This document shows positions 10,816 to 20,809 of a stretch of DNA of 25,546 nt, piece after piece. Where the stretch lies: NCBI RefSeq assembly GCF_006345805.1, contig NW_021836022.1, positions 1 to 25,546 of the forward strand. The letters run 5' to 3'. Numbering within the stretch: position 1 is the stretch's first letter; each line of letters opens with the position of its first letter. The translations under genes were made by a program, and so were the position numbers. The notes beneath the pieces are model-generated. The model did no database searches, was not told where the DNA came from, and saw nothing but the letters and a program-made list of their open reading frames with translations. Source of the stretch: Octopus sinensis. Taxonomy: Eukaryota.

Positions 10816-10825
10816 GCTGCTGCTG

Positions 10826-10908
<83 letters not shown>

Positions 10909-11050
10909 CATAATTATAATAATAATAATACTGCTGCTGCTGCTACTACTACTTCTACTACTACTACTACTACTACTATACTAATAATAATAATAATAAC
11001 TGATGCTGCTGCCGCTACTACTACTACTACTACTACCACTACTACAGCTG
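10575..11050. repeat. Higher-order compound trinucleotide array [(GCT)n GCC (ACT)n (AAT)n ACT] x ~5
   Basis: Directly visible block order repeated with variable block lengths. Confidence 0.92.
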
Positions 11051-11825
11051 CTGGACGATAACGATATCAAAACAGCAGCAGCAACAACAACAACAACAGC
11101 AACAACAGTAATACTAACAATATGATGTAAATAATGAGAGGGAAAGATGTGGCTGTTTATATTTGTTTTCATATTTTGTACAAAATTTATTATTCTTCTT
11201 TCATTAATTATGCCGCCATTTTGTTTTGGCTTCTGCTAGAGTTATCCTTATTGTTGCTGTTGTTATCATTGTTGCTATCGTCGCTATTTTTGTGGTAGCC
11301 ATTTCGTTGTTCTTGTTGCTGTTATCGTTGTGAAGGTCGTAACGTTAGTGTTGTTGTTGTTGTTGCTACTGTAGTTGCCATCACTGATCTTGCTGTTCTT
11401 GTTGCTGCAATATTCTTCGTCAACGCTGTTTTGTCGTCGTTGTTGCCATCTTTATTTTTACAGTTTCTATTGCCATTTTTTTTTTTGTGGTTATGAATTT
11501 ATTTTAAGCTAAATTATTACTGGACTTCAGTTGTTCTTTTCTTTTTCTTTTTAATTCCATTTTTATCTTTGCTAGGCTTTTTTTTTTTATTAAATTTTCG
11601 TATTCATTCATAGAGTGAACCAATCAAAATTTGAAACATCTCTTGAAAATAACTTACTTCTACTACGCCCTTTCACGAGAACCCATGGTACCGTTTGTGT
11701 TAGAATGTGATATATCATGGCTTAAATAACCCTGGTACCGCGGCATTTCTTTGAAATCCTCAAACAAAAAAAAAACCCATCCATGATACCAAACAATTTA
11801 TTCAAAAAAAATATATACACACTTA

Positions 11826-11989
11826 GGCGCAGGCGTGGCTGTGAGGTAAGATGCTTGCTTCCCAGCCACATGGTTTCCGGTTCAGTCCTACTGTGTGGAA
11901 CCTTGGGCAAGTGTCTTTTACTATAGCCTCGGACTGACCAAAGACTTGTGAGTAGATTTGGCAGACGGAAACTGAAGGAAGTCCGTCAT
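11826..11989 (+). mobile_element. Family A SINE, 5' half
   Basis: GGCGCAGGCGTGGCTGTGAGGTAAG...GGTTCAGTCC...CCTTGGGCAAGTGTC; matches 16957. Confidence 0.92.
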
Positions 11990-12120
11990 TCCTTGTGTTG
12001 TATGTCCTGTACTCTCTTTTTCGTTGTTTGAAAAAAAGTTCGTTTCCATGTTTTTATTTTTGTTTTCGTTTCTCATTGTGTTCAACGTTCTTTTTTTTAT
12101 GTCCTGTACCCATTTATGCA
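11990..12120. repeat. T-rich unclassified fragment bounded by a 12-bp direct repeat
   Basis: TATGTCCTGTAC at 12001-12012 and 12098-12109. Confidence 0.45.
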
Positions 12121-12914
12121 TGTATATATACATATATATGTTAGTATGTACATATATGTATGTATATATGCATATATTTATATATTATTTATATCATTAT
12201 ATGATCGAACGCCACGCATCCTTTTCCAAGTAAGTTTCATCTTAATAATTATGATGCGCACTCTTCTCCTTTACTATTTCTTCTCTGTCTATCTCTCCCC
12301 CTCTCTTGTTCTTCATCCTTTCTGGTTTTCTCTCCCACCCTTCCATATTCTTCTCCTCTTCCCTTCACCGTTCCCTCTCCCTTATTTCTCCTCCCTCTCA
12401 TCATTGACACGTGATCAGAGGGAAGCCATCTTTCTAACTGCTATCTTCACCAAGACCAGACCAGCTTATTCTGTCTCTTTCATATTCTTTGGAAAATCCG
12501 TTACGCGCATGTTTCTAGAAGTCTCCGAGTTTTCCTTACCTTCTGGTCTCTTCCTTTTCCTGTTGAACCTGTTCGTTTATCGGATTCTTATTCTTTGAAC
12601 TTTTGACGTAGGGGCCTGCAAACTAAGTTTTTGAAGCCAGAAGTTTTTTAAGTTTCGCACAACGGATTTTTCAAGTGATGCAAGAAAGAAAGCAGTGTGA
12701 AAACATATCATCAAAATATAAGTAAATACGTTAAAATGCAGTTAGTAATCTAGTTTTGATTAATTACTATGCGTTAGGACATGCGTAACAAACATTTTAT
12801 ATATACGATTTTATTACGTAATATATTTCGCTATTCACGTAAAAAAAAACTCGATAGTTTCGTATCTTCAGTATTATATGTGAAAAATGCACAACCAGAA
12901 GGACGGTGAATATT

Positions 12915-13209
12915 CTTTTCTACTCTAGACACAAGGCCCGAAATTTGGGGGTAGGGGTAGGGACAGGTGAAATACCTATTTCTTTACTACCTACAAGGGG
13001 ATAAACACAAAGAGGACAAACAAGGACAGACAAACGGATTAAGTAGATTATATCGACCCCAGTGCGTAACTGGTACTTATTTAATCGACCCCGAAATGTT
13101 GAAAGGCAAAGTGGGCCTCGGCGGAATTTGAACTCAGAACGTAGCGGCAGACGAAATACCTCTAATCATTTCGTCCGACGTGCTAACGTTACTACCAGCT
13201 CCCCCACCT
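12915..13209 (-). mobile_element. Meta-domain-like tRNA SINE with a partial internal repeat unit
   Basis: Same family as 3626-4124; 16-bp TSD AAG(G/A)ACGGTGAATATT at 12899-12914 and 13211-13226. Confidence 0.9.
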
Positions 13210-13468
13210 CAAGAACGGTGAATATTGTTAATAAAATTTTGATGTTCATTAATAATTGAAATGCCGTTTCATGTTGTAACACATTCTATCTTTCAAGTAT
13301 GACAAATCTGTTATTTGTGTTTGAATTTGAAAGTCTTTGATTATAAACCGATATGTCTACGAGAATTTGCTAATTCCAATGTTTTACTAAAGAAAAATAT
13401 CAGATGTCTGAGTGCAGTACGATGTTATACTTGTCTGAGTGACAAACTTCACACAGCTGTTCACTACC

Positions 13469-13504
<36 letters not shown>

Positions 13505-14015
13505 CGTGTGAGAGAGCAGTGCATGCCATCAAAGTGACATTGGGGTAAAATATACGAAGCCCAATACCGCCATCATGACTACCGGTCTGTAAGGGTACAC
13601 CAGGCACATGCATCACAACCATATGTGCACGACATGGTGATCTCATATCAAGATAAACAGGTCATGATCTTGCAGGCGAGACCCAGTTAGAATTTTCTTA
13701 TCCCGTTCAAAAGGTCCCTGAATAAGGGTTGTTAAAGGATGATGAACAAAACAGACAATTCCTCTCAAAGAACTCCTCTCAACACATGGCTGTGATCCTC
13801 CACTACATCTGCTCGTGATCAGAGATGCACATATCGTCAGCCACTAAGGGACATGCTCAACTGGTTAAGATCAAACAACTGACAAGAAAATCTGTGATAT
13901 TGAGCAGAATATTTCTTGCAGCTCATCTTTCATACCACGACAAAATATGTTAACACTTTCAATTAGTTGAGATCAGAAGCCACGAGAGTCACTGCCTGAT
14001 ACAGCATCAGGGCAT
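13505..14015. mobile_element. Unclassified ~510-bp interspersed element between (TTA)n and (CTT)n tracts
   Basis: Sharp boundaries with microsatellites on both sides; terminal hairpin TGCCTGAT-ACAGC-ATCAG(G)GCA at 13993-14014. Recalled as a common octopus repeat, not verified. Confidence 0.55.
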
Positions 14016-14270
14016 TTCTTCTTCTTCTTCTTCTTCTTCTTCTTCTTCTCTTCTTCTTCTTCTCTTCTTCTTCTTCTTCTTCTTCTTCTCTTCTTCTTCT
14101 TCTTCTGTCTTCTTCTGCTTCTCTTCTTCTTCTTCTTCTTCTTCTTCTTCTTCTTCTTCTTCTTCTCTCTTCTGTCTTCTTCTTCTTCTGCTTCTTCTTC
14201 TCTTCTTCTTCTTCCTTCTTTCTTCTCTCTCTTCTTCTTCTTCTTCTTCTTCTTTTCTTCTTCTTCTTCC
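14016..14270. repeat. (CTT)n polypyrimidine microsatellite
   Basis: Directly visible; source of the E/R/K-rich ORFs. Confidence 0.97.
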
Positions 14271-15400
14271 TCTCACGGGATCGATATTCTAAGAACAAAA
14301 CGAAATATTATGGATGGCATGACTGAACAACAAATCGTTGAAAGAAGATGGCTGCAGTATGGCTGTCGTCCAGTGAATGGAACTAGTAAAAAATACGAAA
14401 CTAAGACGCAAAAAGTACTCAAGTGATTATTGTAAAATTACTTTTGCCAGTTTTTATAAAAGAAGTTTAAGTCAGTGAATCACTGACTGACAAAACTCCC
14501 CAACCCAGTCATGTCTGACAAGATGGTTAATAATATATCGTACCATGGAGACCACTCCATCAGGTTTAACCTGGGGCTACACAGCAACATCTAGCATGTT
14601 TAACGCTGCGCCGCCCCCACTCATCTACAAACAATTCTTTGCCGCCGCCATTTTAGTTCACAAACCATTTAAGCCCGTTTTCAGATCAACTCTCAATTTC
14701 TCCAAGATCACTCATTTGATGAATAAACTGTCAGAGACCATTATTTCTTGACAAACGGCTCGACTTTATAAATCTCATCTGAGCAGACGGCTGCACCACG
14801 AACAACAACGAATAAAACAACAACAGCAAACGCCGACGACAGAATTGTTAATAAGAACAATATTAGCATCCACGATCCCCATCAGCATCACCATCGATGT
14901 CTACATGAAAAACCAACGACATATTCTGAATCTGTGCATTCTTTATCCACCGGTTCGTTCGTTCATTTATGTGTTTCTACATTTCAATACATAATTGACA
15001 TGACAAGCCTATAGAGCGGCTGGCCTGGCTGCTGGAGAGGAAGGAAATAACGACTTAAGGATTACCGTTGTTATAGTCAACAACGCCTATTTACTGTAAT
15101 CCCAGTTGTATTCCGACAGAAAGTGGTCTCAGTAACAGAGACATTAGACGGTATAACCTCAATGCTAAACCACCACTGAACGATCGATTCCAGGGCTTTG
15201 TGAGGTTCTTTTCAGCTTAACCTGCGCATTATTTTTTTTATTACATTACAGGACATAATTTGTAGTAATTGTGTAGTAATAGGTACAAAAACATTTTCTA
15301 TTTCTATTGTTCGTATGACTGGTTCACCGAAAATAAATAGTTTTCTGCGAATAATCAAATATTACAGATATAGTTTGGGAAACTGGGATATACTCTATCT

Positions 15401-15547
15401 CGGGGGTGCCTGTGCGGTAAGGAGCTTGCTTTCCAGCCACATGCTTCTGGAGTCAGTCCCACTGCGTGGCACCTCGGGCTAATGCCTTCTACTATAGCCT
15501 CGTGCCAACCAAAACTTTGTGGGTGGAATTGGTTGACAGAAACTGAA
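15401..15547 (+). mobile_element. Family A SINE, 5' half (diverged, interrupted)
   Basis: AGTCCCACTGCGTGGCACCTCGGGC...CTACTATAGCCTCG matches 16957. Confidence 0.85.
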
Positions 15548-15820
15548 AGGGCCCGATTTCCCGGTTTCTGTGGCGTATGTATTCCCCCCAGCTGGACGGG
15601 ACGCCAGTCCATCGCAGCATTACTCAAGAAACAGGAAGAAAGAGTGAGAGAAAGCTATGGCGAAAGAGTACAACAGGAATCGCCACCACCCCTGCCGGAG
15701 CCTCGTGTAACTTTTAGGTGTTTGCGCTCAATAAACACACACAACGCCCGGTCTGGGAATGGAAACCACGATCCTCCGACCTCGAGTCCGCTGCCCTAAC
15801 CACTGGGCCATTACGCCTCC
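15548..15820 (-). mobile_element. V-domain-like tRNA SINE nested in a family A SINE
   Basis: Minus strand starts GGAGGCGTAATGGCCCAGTGGTTAGGGCAGCGGAC (A box) and contains CTGCGATGGACTGGCGTCCCGTCCAG (15617-15592), resembling the V-SINE domain. Confidence 0.82.
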
Positions 15821-15860
15821 ACACACACACACAAACACAAACACACACACACAAACACAA

Positions 15861-15897
<37 letters not shown>

Positions 15898-16063
15898 CTT
15901 GACAGCCGATCTTGGTGTGCTTACGTCCCCATTACTTAGTGGCTCGCCAAAAGAGACCGATAGAATAAGTACCAGGCTTTAAAAAATGTGTACTCTGGTC
16001 GATTCATCTGACTAAAAGTTCTTGAAGGCGGTGCAGTCTAATGACAGAAACATGTAAACGATA
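15898..16063 (+). mobile_element. Family A SINE, 3' half
   Basis: CAAAAGAGACCGATAGAATAAGTACCAGGC...GAAGGCGGTGC matches 17180-17345. Confidence 0.85.
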
Positions 16064-16388
16064 GGAAACAAAAGATATGAATGGATACGAAGCGTCCCCC
16101 CCCCCTTTGAAGTAAAAACGCTTTTGTATTACTAGAATGTTGGTTGAGCAATGAATAACCATCATACTTTGGTCAGAAAAACAATTCCTGTCCAAAATTG
16201 CGTTTGTTATTTAATATTGTAGTTTTTATTTACTCGTTATGACATGGAAGAAAAGGAAGCTACACCCCTTAAAACCTGAAAGAATGATGAGGATGTAGAA
16301 TTGAATTACTTGCTCAACGATACTGACAAGGCACGTGAAGGATATAGATTCTTTCAGTTAGACTGTCGTATGTCATAGACTAATCTAA

Positions 16389-16460
16389 CAAAGTATCCTT
16401 CGCGGATCACCAGACCCAAAGTTTCGACATTTTTGCGCTTCCTCAGCGACGAATACACCG
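16389..16460 (-). ncRNA. Candidate type I hammerhead ribozyme (copy 1)
   Basis: Minus strand: UCGUCG-CUGAGGA-AGCG-CAAAAA-UGUC-GAAAC-UUUGG-GUC^UGGUGA. Full core, GUC triplet at 16415-16413, 6-bp stem I with 3 G.U pairs, distal GUAU/AUAC pairing. Confidence 0.55.
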
Positions 16461-16535
16461 GACTATCAAAACCAAATTCAAGAATTTATTGTTCCAGTAT
16501 AGAAATCTGTAAACAAAACATTCACTGATTTGTAT
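16400..16535 (+). pseudogene. Possible fossil piggyBac (PGBD4-like) transposase fragment
   Basis: SRITRPKVSTFLRFLSDEYTGLSKPNSRIY, frameshift, then IVPV*KSVNKTFTDLY; resembles piggyBac SR(x8)FLHF.DN......P...LYKI.PV...LNK.F..LY. A weak Cys-rich tail-like string (PCRADSTKKQVKNTHTCG) lies at ~16830-16890. Confidence 0.5.
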
Positions 16536-16956
16536 GAAAGGTACTCAGGTTAAGATTTATACGGAAAGAATAGATGGTGATGATGATGAGGAGGAGGAGG
16601 AGGAGGAGGAGTAGGAGGAGTAGGAGGAGATGCCGTAAGTGATAGTGAGGTTAATGAAAAAGGAAATGGTGATAATGATGCCACAGATACGACTACAATT
16701 CATGAAGGCTACAATGCTACAACGGTATTCTAAAACGACTCACCCTGGCACAAAATCTGAACACGTCTACAACACATCATATCATAACTACAATACTATC
16801 CTGCAATCCCCAAAAGAACAACCTTGTCACACACCGTGTCGCGCTGATTCTACCAAAAAACAAGTTAAGAATACGCATACTTGCGGAATACTCGGCGACT
16901 TATACGTTCGTACAATGAGAACAGCTGAACTGAAACCGACGGAAAATATAATAATA

Positions 16957-17127
16957 GGCGCAGGGGTGGCTGTGTGGTAAGTAGCTTGCTTACCAACCAC
17001 ATGGTTCCGGGTTCAGTCCCACTGCGTGGCACCTTGGGCAAGTGTCTTCTGCTATAGCCTCGGGCTGACCAAAGCCTTGTGAGTGGATTTGGTAGACGGA
17101 AACTGAAAGAAGCCCGTCGTATATATG

Positions 17128-17158
<31 letters not shown>

Positions 17159-17360
17159 GTGTTTGTCTCCCTAGCATTGCTTGACAACCGATGCTGGTGT
17201 GTTTATGTCCTCCGTAACTTAGCGGTTCGGCAAAAGAGACCGAAAGAATAAGTACTAGGCTTACAAAGAATAAGTCTTGGGGTCGATTTGCTCGACTAAA
17301 GGCGGTGCTCCAGCATGGCCGCAGTCAAATGACTGAAACAAGTAAAAGAGTAAAAGAGTA
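16957..17360 (+). mobile_element. CORE-like tRNA SINE (family A), full length
   Basis: A box GTGGCTGTGTGG, B-box-like GGTTCAGTCC, CORE-like GTGGCACCTTGGGCAAGTG, central TA/TG tract, (GTAAAAGA)n tail. Confidence 0.95.
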
Positions 17361-17718
17361 CATTTTTTGTGTGGAATATCTTGAAGCACACATATAAAGC
17401 TATTAATAAAATACTGGGTTGAAAAAAATCTCTTTTGGACAGAAAAAGCGTTGAAGGCTGCTGATGGGACTAGAAACCGTATCTCCTATAAATATGACAC
17501 GCATTCTACTACCGTACCAAAGCAATCTTTCGAATCTCTCTAAAACAATTTTGGTAATTTTACTCTTTCCACTGAGAATTGTATGTCGTTGATGTCATGC
17601 AAATTTTATAAAATAAAATAGTTCCTCTTCTCTTTAAAATTTAATAAAACACTTAAGATGTCAACAACGTACAAGTATCACTGGTAAGAATAAAGTTTCT
17701 GAAATGGAGAGAGAAATT

Positions 17719-17790
17719 CGAAGATTGGCCCAATGGTCGAACGTCTGTCATGTCTATAGGGAGATGTGGGTTCGAGTCCATCAATCAGCC
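17719..17790 (+). pseudogene. tRNA-like relic (tRNA pseudogene or isolated SINE head)
   Basis: ~72 nt; A box TGGCCCAATGGT, B box/T arm TGGGTTCGAGTCCA, partial acceptor pairing GATT/AATC, poor anticodon stem. Confidence 0.5.
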
Positions 17791-17976
17791 TTTGAATTAT
17801 CTATCCAAAAAGGTTTTTTAGAGTCAATATTTACATGCTATTATTTATAGCTTTATGTATGTGCTTCGAGATATTCCAAACAGAATTATTTCACGTTCTC
17901 TCGAAAGTTTATAAAATTCTTATGACATAAACAGCATACACATACACGCACAGACATATATATTTATATATATATA

Positions 17977-18483
17977 CTAGCAGTATCGCCCGGCGTTGCT
18001 CGGGTTTGTAAGGGAAATAACTATATAAGCATTTTTAGAGAGTTACTTCCTTTATAGATGCCAATTCGGGCTTTCTTAGCCATTTCTGTTTTGGTGTCTT
18101 CAAGCCATGAAGTCGTTGTTCTAAAAGAACGCTGGTCTCCTTGACAACGCATTACGACGTTGATTTCCTTACACTCCCTTCCCCACAGGGAGGGAAGAAG
18201 GGGGAGAAGCAAACACAGGTGCAGGTGTTTGAGCGTGGACGCCAACTCCGCCGCCATCGACACACGAAAAATTATGCATTAAAATGGAATAAAAAATTAT
18301 GTTAAATTATTTTTAAATCGTAGACTCATCGTTGACGCGCGCTAATAGCCAGACGGGCTCGATATGAATCACGACTATAAGATACCCGAATTTGGTTAAA
18401 GTGCACCGCAAAATGTGGGAGTAGTTAGGAATCTAAATCGAAGGGGACAGACACTCACACAACTACAGTTTTATATAAATAGA
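17977..18483 (-). mobile_element. Non-autonomous Helitron, both ends intact
   Basis: Minus strand reads A|TCTATTTATATAAAACTGTAG ... CCCGAGCAACGCCGGG (hairpin 18004-17989) ... CTAG|T. TC...CTAG termini, AT target, no TSD. Confidence 0.93.
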
Positions 18484-18696
18484 TATATATATAGAGATAT
18501 AGATATATGTACATACGTACATACACACACATGCACCTCCCATATATTCATACTCTCATTTAGACATACATACGCAACGTTTCTACAAGTGTCTGTAAAG
18601 ACGTAGATATGCACTCGGGTTTCCAACTCTTCACTCCAATCAATATAAAATGTTTAGTTGATCTCGGTGGGTACTTAACTCAATTCGAAAAAACCG

Positions 18697-18768
18697 CAAA
18701 GTATCCTTCGCGGATCACCAGACCCAAAGTTTCGACATTTTTGCGCTTCCTCAGCGACGAATACACCG
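18697..18768 (-). ncRNA. Candidate type I hammerhead ribozyme (copy 2)
   Basis: Identical to copy 1; GUC triplet at 18723-18721. Confidence 0.55.
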
Positions 18769-18987
18769 GACTATCAAAACCAAATTCAAGAATTGTTTGT
18801 TCCAGTATAGAAATCTGTAAACAAAACATTCACTGATTTGTATGAAAGGTACTCAGGTTAAGATTTATACGGAAAGAATAGATGGTGATGATGATGATGA
18901 GGAGGAGGAGGAGGAGGAGGAGGAGTAGGAGGAGATGCCGTAAGTGATAGTGAGGTTAATGAAAAAGGAAATGGTGATAATGACGCC
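18697..18987. repeat. Direct repeat copy 2 (~291 bp)
   Basis: See copy 1; offset 2308 bp. Confidence 0.97.
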
Positions 18988-19025
18988 TTTTGAATATAAT
19001 TAATTTAAACCGAGATGATAATGTG

Positions 19026-19204
19026 GGCGTAGGAGTGGCTGTGTGGTGTAGGCATAGGAGTGGCAGTGTGGTAAGTAGCTTGCTTACGAACCACATTGTT
19101 CCGGATTCAGTCCCACTACTTGGCACCTTGGGCAAGTGTCTTCTATTATAGCCTCGGGTCGACCAAAACCTTTGGTAGACGGAAACTGAAAGAAGCCCGT
19201 CTTG

Positions 19205-19249
<45 letters not shown>

Positions 19250-19481
19250 GTATGTATGTGTATATGTTTGTATATCTGTGTTTGTCCCCCCAACATCGCT
19301 TGGCAACCGATGCTGGTATGTTTACGTCACCGTAACTTAGCTATTCGGCAAAAGAGACCGATAGAATAACTACTACGCTTACGAAAAAGAAGTCCTGGGG
19401 TCGATTTGCTCGACTTCAGGCGGTGCTCCGGCATGGCCAGTCACATGACTGAAACAAGGAAAAGAGTAAGTGTAAAGAGTA
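19026..19481 (+). mobile_element. Family A SINE, near full length with duplicated head
   Basis: Matches 16957-17360; first 22 nt duplicated (19026-19047 and 19051-19072). Confidence 0.93.
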
Positions 19482-19789
19482 ATGTGTAGGAAACGTCTGC
19501 GTATCGAATCTTCGCACTTCACTTGCCTTCTTACACGCCATTCGCGATGTATTGTAGGAATCCCTAGGTGCTCTTGCTGACTTGCTGAAAATAGCAGCCA
19601 CAACTCACTCAAACCACACTTGAACTGACTGTCGTGGAAACCGTAAGTTGAATAATGCGCTCATCTGCCTGGAACAAAAAAAAAACAGATGATCCAGGTC
19701 GGATTGCAATTGATCTTAAATTTTCTCGATCGGTGATTTTTTTTTACCTTGGGTTAAACAACACTAGGAACACCAGCATCAGCAGCGTC

Positions 19790-19846
19790 ACAACCACCAG
19801 CACCACCACCGCCACCACCACCACCACTACCACCACTACCACCGCC

Positions 19847-19886
<40 letters not shown>

Positions 19887-19890
19887 TCAG
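19790..19890. repeat. (ACC)n/(AAC)n tract
   Basis: Directly visible. Confidence 0.9.
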
Positions 19891-20772
19891 CAATAATAGC
19901 ACAGTCAATCACCATATTTTTAATTTCCTCGGTCTATTCTCTTGAAGATCTCCATCATTTTCATTTCTCCCCACCTCCTCTCTCTCTCTGTCCCCTATTT
20001 TGTATGTTTAAGCCCTCTGCTGCTATATCTCATCCGTTTGAAACACCCTGCTAGTCTATATCTCTTTGCGTCTCTCTATCAAACAAGTTGATTGTTAAAC
20101 AAGTATCTTTAACATGAACCGCAAACACAAAGTTTACAGCAGTAAAGAAATAATTAAACAAAAAACACGTCCCCAACAACAATAACAACAACGATACAAA
20201 CGGCAATTGTAATTCCAGCATCCGCCTCCCCACACAGTTCTTTTAGCAAGGCCTAAAGCCAAACCTTACGAAATCTTGGAGCGAAACTTGGAGTAAACCC
20301 ATAAATGATAGCAGAAGACAAAGAGTAACAAAAAGCTCCAGCCGTACCGACCACTCCTAACCAACACCCAACTGGAAATTCAAGTGAAAATTCTAACTTC
20401 CATTCAACAAATTTTGGAAGGAATCATATTAAAAGAACAGGCGGAGTCATTCTGTCGGTGAAAGAATGGCAGATAACGCCACACACCACAGAATAATGCC
20501 ACGCTTTATCTGGAATGCAGTTCCAAACACTTAGAATCAAAACGATGCGCTGTAAATAGTTCATTACTGTGTTTGCTTTTTTTTTGTTTGTTTGTTGATT
20601 TCTTTGTTTTTAATTAATAGAATTTCAATAATTAATTAATCCTTCTACAACATTGATCTCGAATTTTGCTGACACACCGCTATTCAGAAATATCGCCGTA
20701 GTCATCGTAGTGGTGGCGGTGATGTTTGGGGGGGTTGGCGGCAGCGGCGGCGGTGGTAGTGGTCGTCGTCTT

Positions 20773-20809
<37 letters not shown>

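Larger units (their letters stand above)
16389..16682. repeat. Direct repeat copy 1 (~294 bp)
   Basis: Nearly identical to 18697-18987; differences are TTTATTG/TTGTTTG, GAT/GAG/TAG microsatellite length and GATGCC/GACGCC. Confidence 0.97.

Noticed and set aside
12540-12615. Possible 76-nt minus exon (TTTGCAG|...AAG|GTAAGG)
   Set aside because: Lies in a pyrimidine-rich segment that looks repeat-derived; peptide unrecognisable; no partner exon.
12488-12675. 20-bp imperfect inverted repeat (core AAAATCCGTT/AACGGATTTT)
   Set aside because: 16/20 match, no TSD; the arms seem to belong to different sequence blocks.
12848-12875. Minus-strand CUGAAGA-UAC-GAAAC hammerhead-like string
   Set aside because: No stem II and negligible stem I.
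16393-16400. GTATCCTT, U12 5' splice-site consensus (also 18701; ATATCCTT on the minus strand at ~16338)
   Set aside because: Inside transposon-derived sequence, with no supporting upstream exon.
16389-18987. LTR retrotransposon interpretation of the direct repeats
   Set aside because: No TG...CA ends, PBS, polypurine tract, TSD or gag/pol remnants.
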